This document shows positions 24,001-40,300 of a stretch of DNA of 64,000 nucleotides, piece after piece (positions within the stretch are counted from its first letter, which is position 1; every line of letters starts with the position of its first letter). The position numbers and the translations under genes are program-made. This stretch comes from Eledone cirrhosa. Taxonomy: Eukaryota. The stretch lies in the NCBI GenBank assembly GCA_964016885.1, contig OZ024744.1:119970001-120034000 (forward strand). The letters are read 5' to 3'. Below the pieces are notes generated by a model. The model saw only the letters and a list, made by a program, of their open reading frames with translations, searched no databases and was not told where the DNA came from.

Positions 24001-27000
24001 GCTGTATGCTCTCAATTCAGAGATTCTTTCCAGAGACATTCTAACCACATGTCATAGTATCGGAGCTGTGATCTCTCAATTCAGAGATTCTTTCCTGAGA
24101 CATTCTAACCACATGTCATAGTATCAGAGCTGTGATATCTCAATTCAGAGATTCTTTCCTGACACATTCTAACCACAAGTCATAGTATCAGAGCTGTGAT
24201 CTCTCAATTTAGATATTCTTTCGTGAGATATTCTAACCACATGTCATAGTATTAGAGCTGTGATCTCTCAATTCAGAGATTCTTTCCTGAGACTTTCTAA
24301 CCACATGTCTGTAGTATCAGAGCTGTATGCTCTCAATTCAGAGATTCTTTCCTGAGACATTCTAACCACATGTCATAGTATCGGAGCTGTGATCTCTCAA
24401 TTCAGAGATTCTTTCCTGAGATATTCTAACCACATGTCATAGTATCAGAGCTGTGATATCTCAATTCAGAGATTCTTTCCTGAGATATTCTAATCACATG
24501 TCATAGTTACAGAGCTGTGATCTCTCTATTCAGAGATTCTTCCTTGAGACATTCTAACTCCATGTCCACAGTATCAGAGCTGTGATCTCTCAATTTAGAG
24601 ATTCTTTCCTGAGATATTCTAACTACATGTCATAGTATCAGAGCTGTGATCTCTCAATTTAGAGATTCTTTCAAGAGACATTCTAACCACATGTCATAGT
24701 ATCAGAGCTGTGATCTCTCAATTCAGAGATTCTTTCCTGAGACATTCTAACCACATGTAATAGTATTAGATCTGTGATCTCTCAATTTAGAGATTCTTTC
24801 CTGAGACATTCTAACTCCATGTCCACAGTATCAGAGCTGTGATCTCTCAATTTAGAGATTCTTTCCTGAGATATTCTAACCACATGTCATAGTATTAGAG
24901 ATGTGATCTCTCAATTCAGAGATTCTTTCCTGCGACATTCTAACCACATATCATAGTATCTGAGCTGTTATTCTCTCAATTCAGAGATTCTTTCCTGAGA
25001 CATTCTAACCACATGTCATAGTGTCAGAGCTGTGATATCTCAATTCAGAGTTTCTTTCCTGACACATTCTAGCCACATGTCATAGTATCAGAGCTGTGAT
25101 CTCTCAATTTAGATATTCTTTCCTGAGATATTCTAACCACATGTCATAGTATTAGAGCTGTGATCTCTCAATTCAGAGATTCTTTCCTGAGACATTCTAA
25201 CCACATGTCTGTAATATCAGAGCTGTATAATTCTCAATTCAGAGATTCTTTCCTGAGACATTCTAACCACATGTCATAGTATCAGAGCTGTGATCTCTCA
25301 ATTCAGAGATTCTTTCCTGAGATATTCTAACCACATGTCATAGTATCAGAGCTGTGATATCTCAATTCAGAGATTCTTTCCTGAGATATTCTAACCACAT
25401 GTCATAGTTACAGACCTGTGATCTCTCTATTCAGAGATTCTTTCTTGAGACATTCTAACTCCATGTCCACAGTATCAGAGCTGTGATCTCTCAATTTAGA
25501 GATTCTTTCCTGAGATATTCTAACTACATGTCATAGTATCAGAGCTGTGATCTCTCAATTTAGAAGTTCTTTCAAGAGATATTCTAATCACATGTCATAG
25601 TATCAGAGCTGTGATCTCTCAATTCAGAGATTCTTTCCTGAGACATTCTAACCACATGTAATAGTATTAGATCTGTGATCTCTCAATTTAGAGATTCTTT
25701 CCTGAGACATTCTAACTCCATGTCCACAGTATCAGAGCTGTGATCTCTCAATTTAGAGATTCTTTCCTGAGATATTCTAACCACATGTCATAGTATTAGA
25801 GATGTGATCTCTCAATTCAGAGATTCTTTCCTGAGACATTCTAACCACATGTCTGTAGTATCAGAGCTGTATGCTCTCAATTCAGAGATTCTTTCCTGAG
25901 ACATTCTAACGACATGGCATAGTATCAGAGCTGTGGTATCTCAATTCAGAGATTCTTTCCTGAGATATTCTAACCACATGTCATAGTATCAGAGCTGTGA
26001 TCTCTCAATTCAGATATTCTTTCCTGAGACATTCTAACCACATGTCATAGGATCAGATTTGTGATCTCTCAATTCAGAGATTCTTTCCTGAGATATTCTA
26101 ACCACATGTCATAGTATCAGAGCTGTGACCTCTCAATTCAGAGATACTTTCCTGAGACATTCTAACCACATGTCTGTAGTATCAGAGCTGTATGCTCTCA
26201 ATTCAGAGATTCTTTCCTGAGACATTCTAACCACATGTCATAATATCAGAGCTGTTATCTCTCAATTCAGAGATTCTTTCCTGAGACATTCTAACCACAT
26301 GGCATACTATCAGAGCTGTGATATCTCAATTCAGAGATTCTTTCCTGAGATATTCTAACCACATGTCATAGTATCAGAGCTGTGATCTCTCAATTCAGAG
26401 ATTCTTTCCAGAGACATTCTAACCACATGTCATAGTATCGGAGCTGTGATCTCTCAATTCAGAGATTCTTTCCTGAGACATTCTAACCACATGTCATAGT
26501 ATCAGAGCTGTGATATCTCAATTCAGAGATTCTTTCCTGACACATTCTAACCACAAGTCATAGTATCAGAGCTGTGATCTCTCAATTTAGATATTCTTTT
26601 GTGAGATATTCTAACCACATGTCATAGTATTAGAGCTGTGATCTCTCAATTCAGAGATTCTTTCCTGAGACTTTCTAACCACATGTCTGTAGTATCAGAG
26701 CTGTATGCGCTCAATTCAGAGATTCTTTCCTGAGACATTCTAACCACATGTCATAGTATCGGAGCTGTGATCTCTCAATTCAGAGATTCTTTCCTGAGAT
26801 ATTCTAACCACATGTCATAGTATCAGATCTGTGATATCTCAATTCAGAGATTCTTTGCTGAGATATTCTAACCACATGTCATAGTTACAGAGCTGTGATC
26901 TCTCTATTCAGAGATTCTTTCTTGAGACATTCTAACTCCATGTCCACAGTATCAGAGCTGTGATCTCTCAATTTAGAGATTCTTTCCTGAGATATTCTAA

Positions 27001-28300
27001 CTACATGTCATAGTATCAGAGCTGTGATCTCTCAATTTAGAGATTCTTTCAAGAGACATTCTAACCACTTGTCATAGTATCAGAGCTGTGATTTCTCAAT
27101 TCAGAGATTCTTTCCTGAGACATTCTAACCACATGTAATAGTATTAGATCTGTGATCTCTCAATTTAGAGATTCTTTCCTGAGACGTTCTAACTCCATGT
27201 CCACAGTATCAGAGCTGTGATCTCTCAATTTAGAGATTCTTTCCTGAGATATTCTAACCACATGTCATAGTATTAGAGATGTGATCTCTCAATTCAGAGA
27301 TTCTTTCCTGCGACATTCTAACCACATATCATAGTATCTGAGCTGTTATTCTCTCAATTCAGAGATTCTTTCCTGAGACATTCTAACCACATGGCATAGT
27401 ATCAGAGCTGTGATATCTCAATTCAGAGATTCTTTCCTGAGATATTCTAACCACATGTCATAGTATCAGAGCTGTGATCTCTCAATTCAGATATTCTTTC
27501 CTGAGACATTCTAACCACATGTCATAGGATCAGAGTTGTGATCTCTCAATTCAGAGATTCTTTCCTGAGATATTCTAACCACATGTCATAGTATCAGAAC
27601 TGTGACCTCTCAATTCAGAGATTCTTTCCTGAGACATTCTAACCACATGTCTGTAGTATCAGAGCTGTGATCTCTCAATTCAGAGATTCTTTCCTGAGAC
27701 ATTCTAACCACATGTCTGTAGTATCAGAGCTGTGATCTCTGAATTCAGATATTCTTTCCTGAGACATTCTCAACCACATGGCATAGTATCAGAGCTGTGA
27801 TATCTCAATTCAGAGATTCTTTCCTGAGACATTCTAACCACATGTCATAGGATCAGAGTTGTGATCTCTCAATTCAGAGATTCTTTCCTGAGATATTCTA
27901 ACCACATGTCATAGTATCAGAGCTGTGATCTCCCAATTCAGAGATTCTTTCCTGGGATATTCTAACCACATGTCATAGTATCAGAGCTGTGATCTCTCAA
28001 TTCAGATATTCTTTCCTGAGACATTAAAGCCACATGTCATAGGATCAGAGTTGTGATCTCTCAATTCAGAGATTCTTTCCTGAGATATTGTAAACACATG
28101 TCATATTATCAGAGCTGTGATCTCTCAATTCAGAGATTCTTTCATGGGATATAGAATATATCACATGTCATATTATCAGAGCTGTGATCTGTCAATTCAG
28201 ATATTCTTTCCTGAGACATTCTAACCACATGTCATATTATCAGAGTTGTGATCTCCCAATTCAGTGATTCTTTCCTGAGGTATTCTAACCAAATGTCATA
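1..28300. repeat. Left array domain: mosaic higher-order structure with ~29-30-monomer (~1.9 kb) periodicity plus larger duplications
   Basis: Marker agaatatatcac occurs at 1381, 3307, 5235 and 7161 (spacings 1926, 1928, 1926). Marker ataattctca occurs at 19961 and 21888 (spacing 1927). Rare variants at 1141 and 1911 recur at 16928 and 17698 (offset 15787). The boundary is approximate. Confidence 0.75.
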
Positions 28301-31300
28301 GTATCAGATCTGTGATATCTCAATTCAGAGATTCTTTCCTGAGACATTCTAAGCTCGTCATAGTATCAGAGCTGTGATATTTCAATTCAGAGATTCTTTC
28401 CTGAGACATTCTAACCACATGTCATAGTATCAGAGCTGTGATCTCTCAATTTAGATATTCTTTCCTGAGATATTCTAACCATATGTCATAGTATTAGAGC
28501 TGTGATCTCTCAATTCAGAGATTCTTCCCTGAGACATTCTAACCACATGTCTGTAGTATCAGAGCTGAATGCTCTCAATTCAGAGATTCTTTCCTGAGAC
28601 ATTCTAACCACATGTCATAGTATCGGAGCTGTGATCTCTCAATTCAGAGATTCTTTCCTGAGATATTCTAACCACATGTCATGGTATCAGAGCTGTTAAA
28701 ACTAAATTGAGAGATTCTTTCCTGAGATATTTTAACCACATATCATAGTATCAGAGCTGTCATCTCTCAATTCAGAGATTCTCTCCTGAGACATTCTAAC
28801 CACATGTCATAGTATCAGAGCGGTGATCTCACCATTTAGAGATTCTTCATGAGATATTTTAACCACATATCATAGTATCAGAGCTGTCATCTCTCAATTC
28901 AGAGATTCTTTCCTGAGACATTCTAACCACATGTCATAGTATCAGAGCTGTGATCTCTCAATTTAGAGATTCTTTAATGAAATATTCTAACCATATGTCA
29001 TAATATCAGAACTATGATCTCTCAATTCAGAGATTCTTTCCTGAGACATTCTAACCCCATGTCTGTAGTATCAGAGCTGTGATCTCTCAATTCAGAGATT
29101 CTTTCCTAATAAATTCTTACCACATGTCATAGTATCAGAGCTGTGATCTCTCAATTCAGAGATTCTTTCCTGAGACATTCTAACCACGTCATAGTATCAG
29201 AGCTGTGATATCTCAATTCAGAGATTCTTTCCTGAGACATTCTAATCACATGTCATAGTATCAGAGCTGTGATCTCTTAATTTAGAGATTCTTTCATGAG
29301 ATATTCTAACCACATGTCATAGTATCAGAGTTGTGATCTCTCAATTCAGAGATTCTTTCCTGAGATATTCTAACCACATGTCATAGTATCAGAGCTGTGA
29401 TCTCCCAATTCAGAGATTCTTTCCTGGGATATTCTAACCACATGTCATAGTATCAGAGCTGTGATCTCTCAATTCAGATATTCTTTCCTGAGACATTAAA
29501 GCCACATGTCATAGGATCAGAGTTGTGATCTCTCAATTCAGAGATTCTTTCCTGAGATATTGTAAACACATGTCATATTATCAGAGCTGTGATCTCTCAA
29601 TTCAGAGATTCTTTCATGGGATATAGAATATATCACATGTCATATTATCAGAGCTGTGATCTGTCAATTCAGATATTCTTTCCTGAGACATTCTAACCAC
29701 ATGTCATATTATCAGTGTTGTGATCTCCCAATTCAGTGATTCTTTCCTGAGGTATTCTAACCAAATGTCATAGTATCAGATCTGTGATATCTCAATTCAG
29801 AGATTCTTTCCTGAGACATTCTAAGCTCGTCATAGTATCAGAGCTGTGATATTTCAATTCAGAGATTCTTTCCTGAGACATTCTAACCACATGTCATAGT
29901 ATCGGAGCTGTGATCTCTCAATTCAGAGATTCTTTCCTGAGACATTCTAACCACGTCATAGTATCAGAGCTGTGATATCTCAATTCAGAGATTCTTTCCT
30001 GAGACATTCTAATCACATGTCATAGTATCAGAGCTGTGATCTCTCAATTTAGATATTCTTTCCTGAGATATTCTAACCAAATGTCATAGTATCAGATCTG
30101 TGATATCTCAATTCAGAGATTCTTTCCTGAGACATTCTTACCACATGTCATAGTATCAGAGCTGTGATCTCTCAATTTAGATATTCTTTCCTGAGATATT
30201 ATAACCACATGTCATAGTATCAGAGCTGTGATCTCTCAATTCAGAGATTCTTTCCTGAGACATTCTAAGCTCGTCATAGTATCAGAGCTGTGATATCTCA
30301 ATTCAGAGATTCTTTCCTGAGACATTCTAACCTCATGTCATAGTATCAGTGCTGTGATCTTTCAATTTAGATATTCTTTCCTGAGATATTCTAACCTCAT
30401 GTCACAGTATTAGAGCTGTGATCTCTCAATTCAGAGATTCTTCCCTGAGACATTCTAACCACATGTCTGTAGTATCAGAGCTGAATGCTCTCAATTCAGA
30501 GATTCTTTCCTGAGACATTCTAACCACATGTCATAGTATCGGAGCTGTGATCTCTCAATTCAGAGATTCTTTCCTGTGACATTCTAACCACATGTCATAG
30601 TATCAGAGCTGTGATCTCTCAATTCAAAGATTCTTTCCTGAGATATTCTAACCACATGTCATAGTATCAGAGCTGTGATATCTCAATTCAGAGATTCTTT
30701 CCTGACACATTCTAACCACATGTCATAGTATCAGAGCTGTGATCTCTCAATTCAGAGATTCTTTCCTGAGACATTCTAACCACATGTCTGTAGTATCAGA
30801 GCTGTAAGCTCTCAATTCAGAGATTCTTTCCTGAGACATTCTAACCACATGTCATAGTATCGGAGCTGTGATCTCTCAATTCAGAGATTCTTTCCTGAGA
30901 TATTCTAACCACATGTCATAGTATTAGAGCTGTGATCTCTCAATTCAGAGATTCTTTCCTGAGACATTCTAACCACATGTCTGTAGTATCAGAGCTGTAT
31001 GCTCTCAATTCAGAGATTCTTTCCTGAGACATTCTAACCACATGTCATAGTATCGGAGCTGTGATCTCTCAATTCAGAGATTCTTTCCTGAGATATTCTA
31101 ACCACATGTCATAGTATTAGAGCTGTGATCTCTCAATTCAGAGATTCTTTCCTGAGACATTCTAACCACATGTCGTAGTTACAGAGCTGTGATCTCTCTA
31201 TTCAGAGATTCTTTCTTGAGACATTCTAACTCCATGTCCACAGTATCAGAGCTGTGTTCTCGCAATTTAGAGATTCTTTCAAGAGATATTCTAACCACAC

Positions 31301-34300
31301 GTCATAGTATCAGAGCTGTGATCTCTCAATTCAGAGATTCTTTCCTGAGATATTCTAACGACATGTAATAGTATTAGATCTGTGATCTCTCAATTTAGAG
31401 ATTCTTTCCTGAGACATTCTAACTCCATGTCCACAGTATCAGAGCTGTGATCTCTCAATTTAGAGATTCTTTCCTGAGACATTCTACCACATGTCATAGT
31501 ATCAGAGCTGTGATCTCTCAATTCAGAGATGCTTTCCTGAGACATTCTAACCACATGTCATAGTATCAGAGCTGTGATCTCTCAATTCAGAGATTCTTTC
31601 CTGAGACATTCTAACGACATGTCATGGTATCCGAGCTGTTAAAACTCAATTCAGAGATTCTTTCCTGAGATATTTTAACCACATATCATAGTAACAGAGC
31701 TCTCATCTCTCAATTCAGAGATTCTTTCCTGAGACATTCTAACCACATGTCATAGTATCAGAGCGGTGATCTCTCCATTTAGAGATTCTTTCATGAGATA
31801 TTTTAACCACATATCATAGTATCAGAGCTGTCATCTCTCAATTCAGAGATTCTTTCCTGAGACATTCTAACCACATGTCTGTAGTATCAGAGCTGTGATC
31901 TCTCAATTCAGAGATTCTTTCCTTATACATTCTTACCACATGTCATAGTATCAGAGCTGTGATCTCTCAATTCAGAGATTCTTCCCTGAGACATTCTAAC
32001 AACATGTCTGTAGTATCAGAGCTGAATGCTCTCAATTCAGAGATTCTTTCCTGAGACATTCTAACCACATGTCATAGTATCGGAGCTGTGATCTCTCAAT
32101 TCAGAGATTCTTTCCTGAGACATTCTAACCACATGTCATGGTATCAGAGCTGTTAAAACTAAATTGAGAGATTCTTTCCTGAGATATTTTAACCACATAT
32201 CATAGTATCAGAGCTGTCATCTCTCAATTCAGAGATTCTCTCCTGAGACATTCTAACCACATGTCATAGTATCAGAGCGGTGATCTCTCCATTTAGAGAT
32301 TCTTTCATGAGATATTTTAACCACATATCATAGTATCAGAGCTGTCATCTCTCAATTCAGAGATTCTTTCCTGAGACATTCTAACCACATGTCATAGTAT
32401 CAGAGCTGTGATCTCTCAATTTAGAGATTCTTTCATGAAATATTCTAACCATATGTCATAATATCAGAACTATGATCTCTCAATTCAGAGATTCTTTCCT
32501 GAGACATTCTAACCCCAATGTCTGTAGTATCAGAGCTGTGATCTCTCAATTCAGAGATTCTTTCCTAATAAATTCTTACCACATGTCATAGTATCAGAGC
32601 TGTGATCTCTCAATTCAGAGATTCTTTCCTGAGACATTCTAACCACGTCATAGTATCAGAGCTGTGATATCTCAATTCAGAGATTCTTTCCTGAGACATT
32701 CTAATCACATGTCATAGTATCAGAGCTGTGATCTCTCAATTTAGATATTCTTTCCTGAGATATTCTAACCAAATGTCATAGTATCAGATCTGTGATATCT
32801 CAATTCAGAGATTCTTTCCTGAGACATTCTTACCACATGTCATAGTATCAGAGCTGTGATCTCTCAATTTAGATATTCTTTCCTGAGATATTATAACCAC
32901 ATGTCATAGTATCAGAGCTGTGATCTCTCAATTCAGAGATTCTTTCCTGAGACATTCTAAGCTCGTCATAGTATCAGAGCTGTGATATCTCAATTCAGAG
33001 ATTCTTTCCTGAGACATTCTAACCTCATGTCATAGTATCAGTGCTGTGATCTCTCAATTTAGATATTCTTTCCTGAGATATTCTAACCACATGTCACAGT
33101 ATTAGAGCTGTGATCTCTCAATTCAGAGATTCTTTCCTGAGACATTCTAACCACATGTCTGTAGTATCAGAGCTGTATGCTCTCAATTCAGAGATTCTTT
33201 CCTGAGACATTCTAACCACATGTCATAGTATCGGAGCTGTGATCTCTCAATTCAGAGATTCTTTCCTGAGATATTCTAACCACATGTCATAGTATTAGAG
33301 CTGTGATCTCTCAATTCAGAGATTCTTTCCTGAGACATTCTAACCACATGTCATAGTTACAGAACTGTGATCTCTCTATTCAGAGATTCTTTCTTGAGAC
33401 ATTCTAACTCCATGTCCACAGTATCAGAGCTGTGTTCTCGCAATTTAGAGATTCTTTCAAGAGATATTCTAACCACACGTCATAGTATCAGAGCTGTGAT
33501 CTCTCAATTCAGAGATTCTTTCCTGAGACATTCTTACGACATGTAATAGTATTAGATCTGTGATCTCTCAATTTAGAGATTCTTTCCTGAGACATTCTAA
33601 CTCCATGTCCACAGTATCAGAGCTGTGATCTCTCAATTTAGAGATTCTTTCCTGAGACATTCTACCACATGTCATAGTATCAGAGCTGTGATCTCTCAAT
33701 TCAGAGATGCTTTCCTGAGACATTCTAACCACATGTCATAGTATCAGAGCTGTGATCTCTCAATTCAGAGATTCTTTCCTGAGACATTCTAACGACATGT
33801 CATGGTATCCGAGCTGTTAAAACTCAATTCAGAGATTCTTTCCTGAGATATTTTAACCACATATCATAGTAACAGAGCTCTCATCTCTCAATTCAGAGAT
33901 TCTTTCCTGAGACATTCTAACCACATGTCATAGTATCAGAGCGGTGATCTCTCCATTTAGAGATTCTTTCATGAGATATTTTAACCACATATCATAGTAT
34001 CAGAGCTGTCATCTCTCAATTCAGAGATTCTTTCCTGAGACATTCTAACCACATGTCTGTAGTATCAGAGCTGTGATCTCTCAATTCAGAGATTCTTTCC
34101 TTATACATTCTTACCACATGTCATAGTATCAGAGCTGTGATCTCTCAATTCAGAGATTCTTCCCTGAGACATTCTAACAACATGTCTGTAGTATCAGAGC
34201 TGAATGCTCTCAATTCAGAGATTCTTTCCTGAGACATTCTAACCACATGTCATAGTATCGGAGCTGTGATCTCTCAATTCAGAGATTCTTTCCTGAGACA

Positions 34301-37300
34301 TTCTAACCACATGTCATGGTATCAGAGCTGTTAAAACTAAATTGAGAGATTCTTTCCTGAGATATTTTAACCACATATCATAGTATCAGAGCTGTCATCT
34401 CTCAATTCAGAGATTCTCTCCTGAGACATTCTAACCACATGTCATAGTATCAGAGCGGTGATCTCTCCATTTAGAGATTCTTTCATGAGATATTTTAACC
34501 ACATATCATAGTATCAGAGCTGTCATCTCTCAATTCAGAGATTCTTTCCTGAGACATTCTAACCACATGTCATAGTATCAGAGCTGTGATCTCTCAATTT
34601 AGAGATTCTTTCATGAAATATTCTAACCATATGTCATAATATCAGAACTATGATCTCTCAATTCAGAGATTCTTTCCTGAGACATTCTAACCCCAATGTC
34701 TGTAGTATCAGAGCTGTGATCTCTCAATTCAGAGATTCTTTCCTAATAAATTCTTACCACATGTCATAGTATCAGAGCTGTGATCTCTCAATTCAGAGAT
34801 TCTTTCCTGAGACATTCTAACCACGTCATAGTATCAGAGCTGTGATATCTCAATTCAGAGATTCTTTCCTGAGACATTCTAATCACATGTCATAGTATCA
34901 GAGCTGTGATCTCTCAATTTAGATATTCTTTCCTGAGATATTCTAACCAAATGTCATAGTATCAGATCTGTGATATCTCAATTCAGAGATTCTTTCCTGA
35001 GACATTCTTACCACATGTCATAGTATCAGAGCTGTGATCTCTCAATTTAGATATTCTTTCCTGAGATATTATAACCACATGTCATAGTATCAGAGCTGTG
35101 ATCTCTCAATTCAGAGATTCTTTCCTGAGACATTCTAAGCTCGTCATAGTATCAGAGCTGTGATATCTCAATTCAGAGATTCTTTCCTGAGACATTCTAA
35201 CCTCATGTCATAGTATCAGTGCTGTGATCTCTCAATTTAGATATTCTTTCCTGAGATATTCTAACCACATGTCACAGTATTAGAGCTGTGATCTCTCAAT
35301 TCAGAGATTCTTCCCTGAGACATTCTAACCACATGTCTGTAGTATCAGAGCTGAATGCTCTCAATTCAGAGATTCTTTCCTGAGACATTCTAACTACATG
35401 TCATAGTATCGGAGCTGTGATCTCTCTATTCAGAGATTCTTTCCTGTGACATTCTAACCACATGTCATAGTATCAGAGCTGTGATCTCTCAATTCAAAGA
35501 TTCTTTCCTGAGACATTCTAACCACATGTCATAGTATCAGAGCTGTGATATCTCAATTCAGAGATTCTTTCCTGACACATTCTAACCACATGTCATAGTA
35601 TCAGAGCTGTGATCTCTCAATTCAGAGATTCTTTCCTGAGACATTATAACCACATGTCTGTAGTATCAGAGCTGTAAGCTCTCAATTCAGAGATTCTTTC
35701 CTGAGACATTCTAACCACATGTCATAGTATCGGAGCTGTGATCTCTCAATTCAGAGATTCTTTCCTGAGATATTCTAACCACATGTCATAGTATTAGAGC
35801 TGTGATCTCTCAATTCAGAGATTCTTTCCTGAGACATTCTAACCACATGTCTGTAGTATCAGAGCTGTATGCTCTCAATTCAGAGATTCTTTCCTGAGAC
35901 ATTCTAACCACATGTCATAGTATCGGAGCTGTGATCTCTCAATTCAGAGATTCTTTCCTGAGATATTCTAACCACATGTCATGGTATCAGAGCTGTTAAA
36001 ACTAAATTGAGAGATTCTTTCCTGAGATATTTTAACCACATATCATAGTATCAGAGCTGTCATCTCTCAATTCAGAGATTCTCTCCTGAGACATTCTAAC
36101 CACATGTCATAGTATCAGAGCGGTGATCTCACCATTTAGAGATTCTTTCATGAGATATTTTAACCACATATCATAGTATCAGAGCTGTCATCTCTCAATT
36201 CAGAGATTCTTTCCTGAGACATTCTAACCACATGTCATAGTATCAGAGCTGTGATCTCTCAATTTAGAGATTCTTTCATGAACTATTCTAACCATATGTC
36301 ATAATATCAGAACTATGATCTCTCAATTCAGAGATTCTTTCCTGAGACATTCTAACCCCATGTCTGTAGTATCAGAGCTGTGATCTCTCAATTCAGAGAT
36401 TCTTTCCTAATAAATTCTTACCACATGTCATAGTATCAGAGCTGTGATCTCTCAATTCAGAGATTCTTTCCTGAGACATTCTAACCACGTCATAGTATCA
36501 GAGCTGTGATATCTCAATTCAGAGATTCTTTCCTGAGACATTCTAATCACATGTCATAGTATCAGAGCTGTGATCTCTTAATTTAGAGATTCTTTCATGA
36601 GATATTCTAACCACATGTCATAGTATCAGAGTTGTGATCTCTCAATTCAGAGATTCTTTCCTGAGATATTCTAACCACATGTCATAGTATCAGAGCTGTG
36701 ATCTCCCAATTCAGAGATTCTTTCCTGGGATATTCTAACCACATGTCATAGTATCAGAGCTGTGATCTCTCAATTCAGATATTCTTTCCTGAGACATTAA
36801 AGCCACATGTCATAGGATCAGAGTTGTGATCTCTCAATTCAGAGATTCTTTCCTGAGATATTGTAAACACATGTCATATTATCAGAGCTGTGATCTCTCA
36901 ATTCAGAGATTCTTTCATGGGATATAGAATATATCACATGTCATATTATCAGAGCTGTGATCTGTCAATTCAGATATTCTTTCCTGAGACATTCTAACCA
37001 CATGTCATATTATCAGTGTTGTGATCTCCCAATTCAGTGATTCTTTCCTGAGGTATTCTAACCAAATGTCATAGTATCAGATCTGTGATATCTCAATTCA
37101 GAGATTCTTTCCTGAGACATTCTAAGCTCGTCATAGTATCAGAGCTGTGATATTTCAATTCAGAGATTCTTTCCTGAGACATTCTAACCACATGTCATAG
37201 TATCGGAGCTGTGATCTCTCAATTCAGAGATTCTTTCCTGAGACATTCTAACCACGTCATAGTATCAGAGCTGTGATATCTCAATTCAGAGATTCTTTCC

Positions 37301-40300
37301 TGAGACATTCTAATCACATGTCATAGTATCAGAGCTGTGATCTCTCAATTTAGATATTCTTTCCTGAGATATTCTAACCAAATGTCATAGTATCAGATCT
37401 GTGATATCTCAATTCAGAGATTCTTTCCTGAGACATTCTTACCACATGTCATAGTATCAGAGCTGTGATCTCTCAATTTAGATATTCTTTCCTGAGATAT
37501 TATAACCACATGTCATAGTATCAGAGCTGTGATCTCTCAATTCAGAGATTCTTTCCTGAGACATTCTAAGCTCGTCATAGTATCAGAGCTGTGATATCTC
37601 AATTCAGAGATTCTTTCCTGAGATATTCTAACCACATGTCATAGTATTAGAGCTGTGATCTCTCAATTCAGAGATTCTTTCCTGAGACATTCTAACCACA
37701 TGTCGTAGTTACAGAGCTGTGATCTCTCTATTCAGAGATTCTTTCTTGAGACATTCTAACTCCATGTCCACAGTATCAGAGCTGTGTTCTCGCAATTTAG
37801 AGATTCTTTCAAGAGATATTCTAACCACACGTCATAGTATCAGAGCTGTGATCTCTCAATTCAGAGATTCTTTCCTGAGACATTCTAACGACATGTAATA
37901 GTATTAGATCTGTGATCTCTCAATTTAGAGATTCTTTCCTGAGACATTCTAACTCCATGTCCACAGTATCAGAGCTGTGATCTCTCAATTTAGAGATTCT
38001 TTCCTGAGACATTCTACCACATGTCATAGTATCAGAGCTGTGATCTCTCAATTCAGAGATGCTTTCCTGAGACATTCTAACCACATGTCATAGTATCAGA
38101 GCTGTGATCTCTCAATTCAGAGATTCTTTCCTGAGACATTCTAACGACATGTCATGGTATCCGAGCTGTTAAAACTCAATTCAGAGATTCTTTCCTGAGA
38201 TATTTTAACCACATATCATAGTAACAGAGCTCTCATCTCTCAATTCAGAGATTCTTTCCTGAGACATTCTAACCACATGTCATAGTATCAGAGCGGTGAT
38301 CTCTCCATTTAGAGATTCTTTCATGAGATATTTTAACCACATATCATAGTATCAGAGCTGTCATCTCTCAATTCAGAGATTCTTTCCTGAGACATTCTAA
38401 CCACATGTCTGTAGTATCAGAGCTGTGATCTCTCAATTCAGAGATTCTTTCCTTATACATTCTTACCACATGTCATAGTATCAGAGCTGTGATCTCTCAA
38501 TTCAGAGATTCTTCCCTGAGACATTCTAACAACATGTCTGTAGTATCAGAGCTGAATGCTCTCAATTCAGAGATTCTTTCCTGAGACATTCTAACCACAT
38601 GTCATAGTATCGGAGCTGTGATCTCTCAATTCAGAGATTCTTTCCTGAGACATTCTAACCACATGTCATGGTATCAGAGCTGTTAAAACTAAATTGAGAG
38701 ATTCTTTCCTGAGATATTTTAACCACATATCATAGTATCAGAGCTGTCATCTCTCAATTCAGAGATTCTCTCCTGAGACATTCTAACCACATGTCATAGT
38801 ATCAGAGCGGTGATCTCTCCATTTAGAGATTCTTTCATGAGATATTTTAACCACATATCATAGTATCAGAGCTGTCATCTCTCAATTCAGAGATTCTTTC
38901 CTGAGACATTCTAACCACATGTCATAGTATCAGAGCTGTGATCTCTCAATTTAGAGATTCTTTCATGAAATATTCTAACCATATGTCATAATATCAGAAC
39001 TATGATCTCTCAATTCAGAGATTCTTTCCTGAGACATTCTAACCCCAATGTCTGTAGTATCAGAGCTGTGATCTCTCAATTCAGAGATTCTTTCCTAATA
39101 AATTCTTACCACATGTCATAGTATCAGAGCTGTGATCTCTCAATTCAGAGATTCTTTCCTGAGACATTCTAACCACGTCATAGTATCAGAGCTGTGATAT
39201 CTCAATTCAGAGATTCTTTCCTGAGACATTCTAATCACATGTCATAGTATCAGAGCTGTGATCTCTCAATTTAGATATTCTTTCCTGAGATATTCTAACC
39301 AAATGTCATAGTATCAGATCTGTGATATCTCAATTCAGAGATTCTTTCCTGAGACATTCTTACCACATGTCATAGTATCAGAGCTGTGATCTCTCAATTT
39401 AGATATTCTTTCCTGAGATATTATAACCACATGTCATAGTATCAGAGCTGTGATCTCTCAATTCAGAGATTCTTTCCTGAGACATTCTAAGCTCGTCATA
39501 GTATCAGAGCTGTGATATCTCAATTCAGAGATTCTTTCCTGAGACATTCTAACCTCATGTCATAGTATCAGTGCTGTGATCTCTCAATTTAGATATTCTT
39601 TCCTGAGATATTCTAACCACATGTCACAGTATTAGAGCTGTGATCTCTCAATTCAGAGATTCTTTCCTGAGACATTCTAACCACATGTCTGTAGTATCAG
39701 AGCTGTATGCTCTCAATTCAGAGATTCTTTCCTGAGACATTCTAACCACATGTCATATTATCGGAGCTGTGATCTCTCAATTCAGAGATTCTTTCCTGAG
39801 ATATTCTAACCACATGTCATAGTATTAGAGCTGTGATCTCTCAATTCAGAGATTCTTTCCTGAGACATTCTAACCACATGTCATAGTTACAGAACTGTGA
39901 TCTCTCTATTCAGAGATTCTTTCTTGAGACATTCTAACTCCATGTCCACAGTATCAGAGCTGTGTTCTCGCAATTTAGAGATTCTTTCAAGAGATATTCT
40001 AACCACACGTCATAGTATCAGAGCTGTGATCTCTCAATTCAGAGATTCTTTCCTGAGACATTCTTACGACATGTAATAGTATTAGATCTGTGATCTCTCA
40101 ATTTAGAGATTCTTTCCTGAGACATTCTAACTCCATGTCCACAGTATCAGAGCTGTGATCTCTCAATTTAGAGATTCTTTCCTGAGACATTCTACCACAT
40201 GTCATAGTATCAGAGCTGTGATCTCTCAATTCAGAGATGCTTTCCTGAGACATTCTAACCACATGTCATAGTATCAGAGCTGTGATCTCTCAATTCAGAG

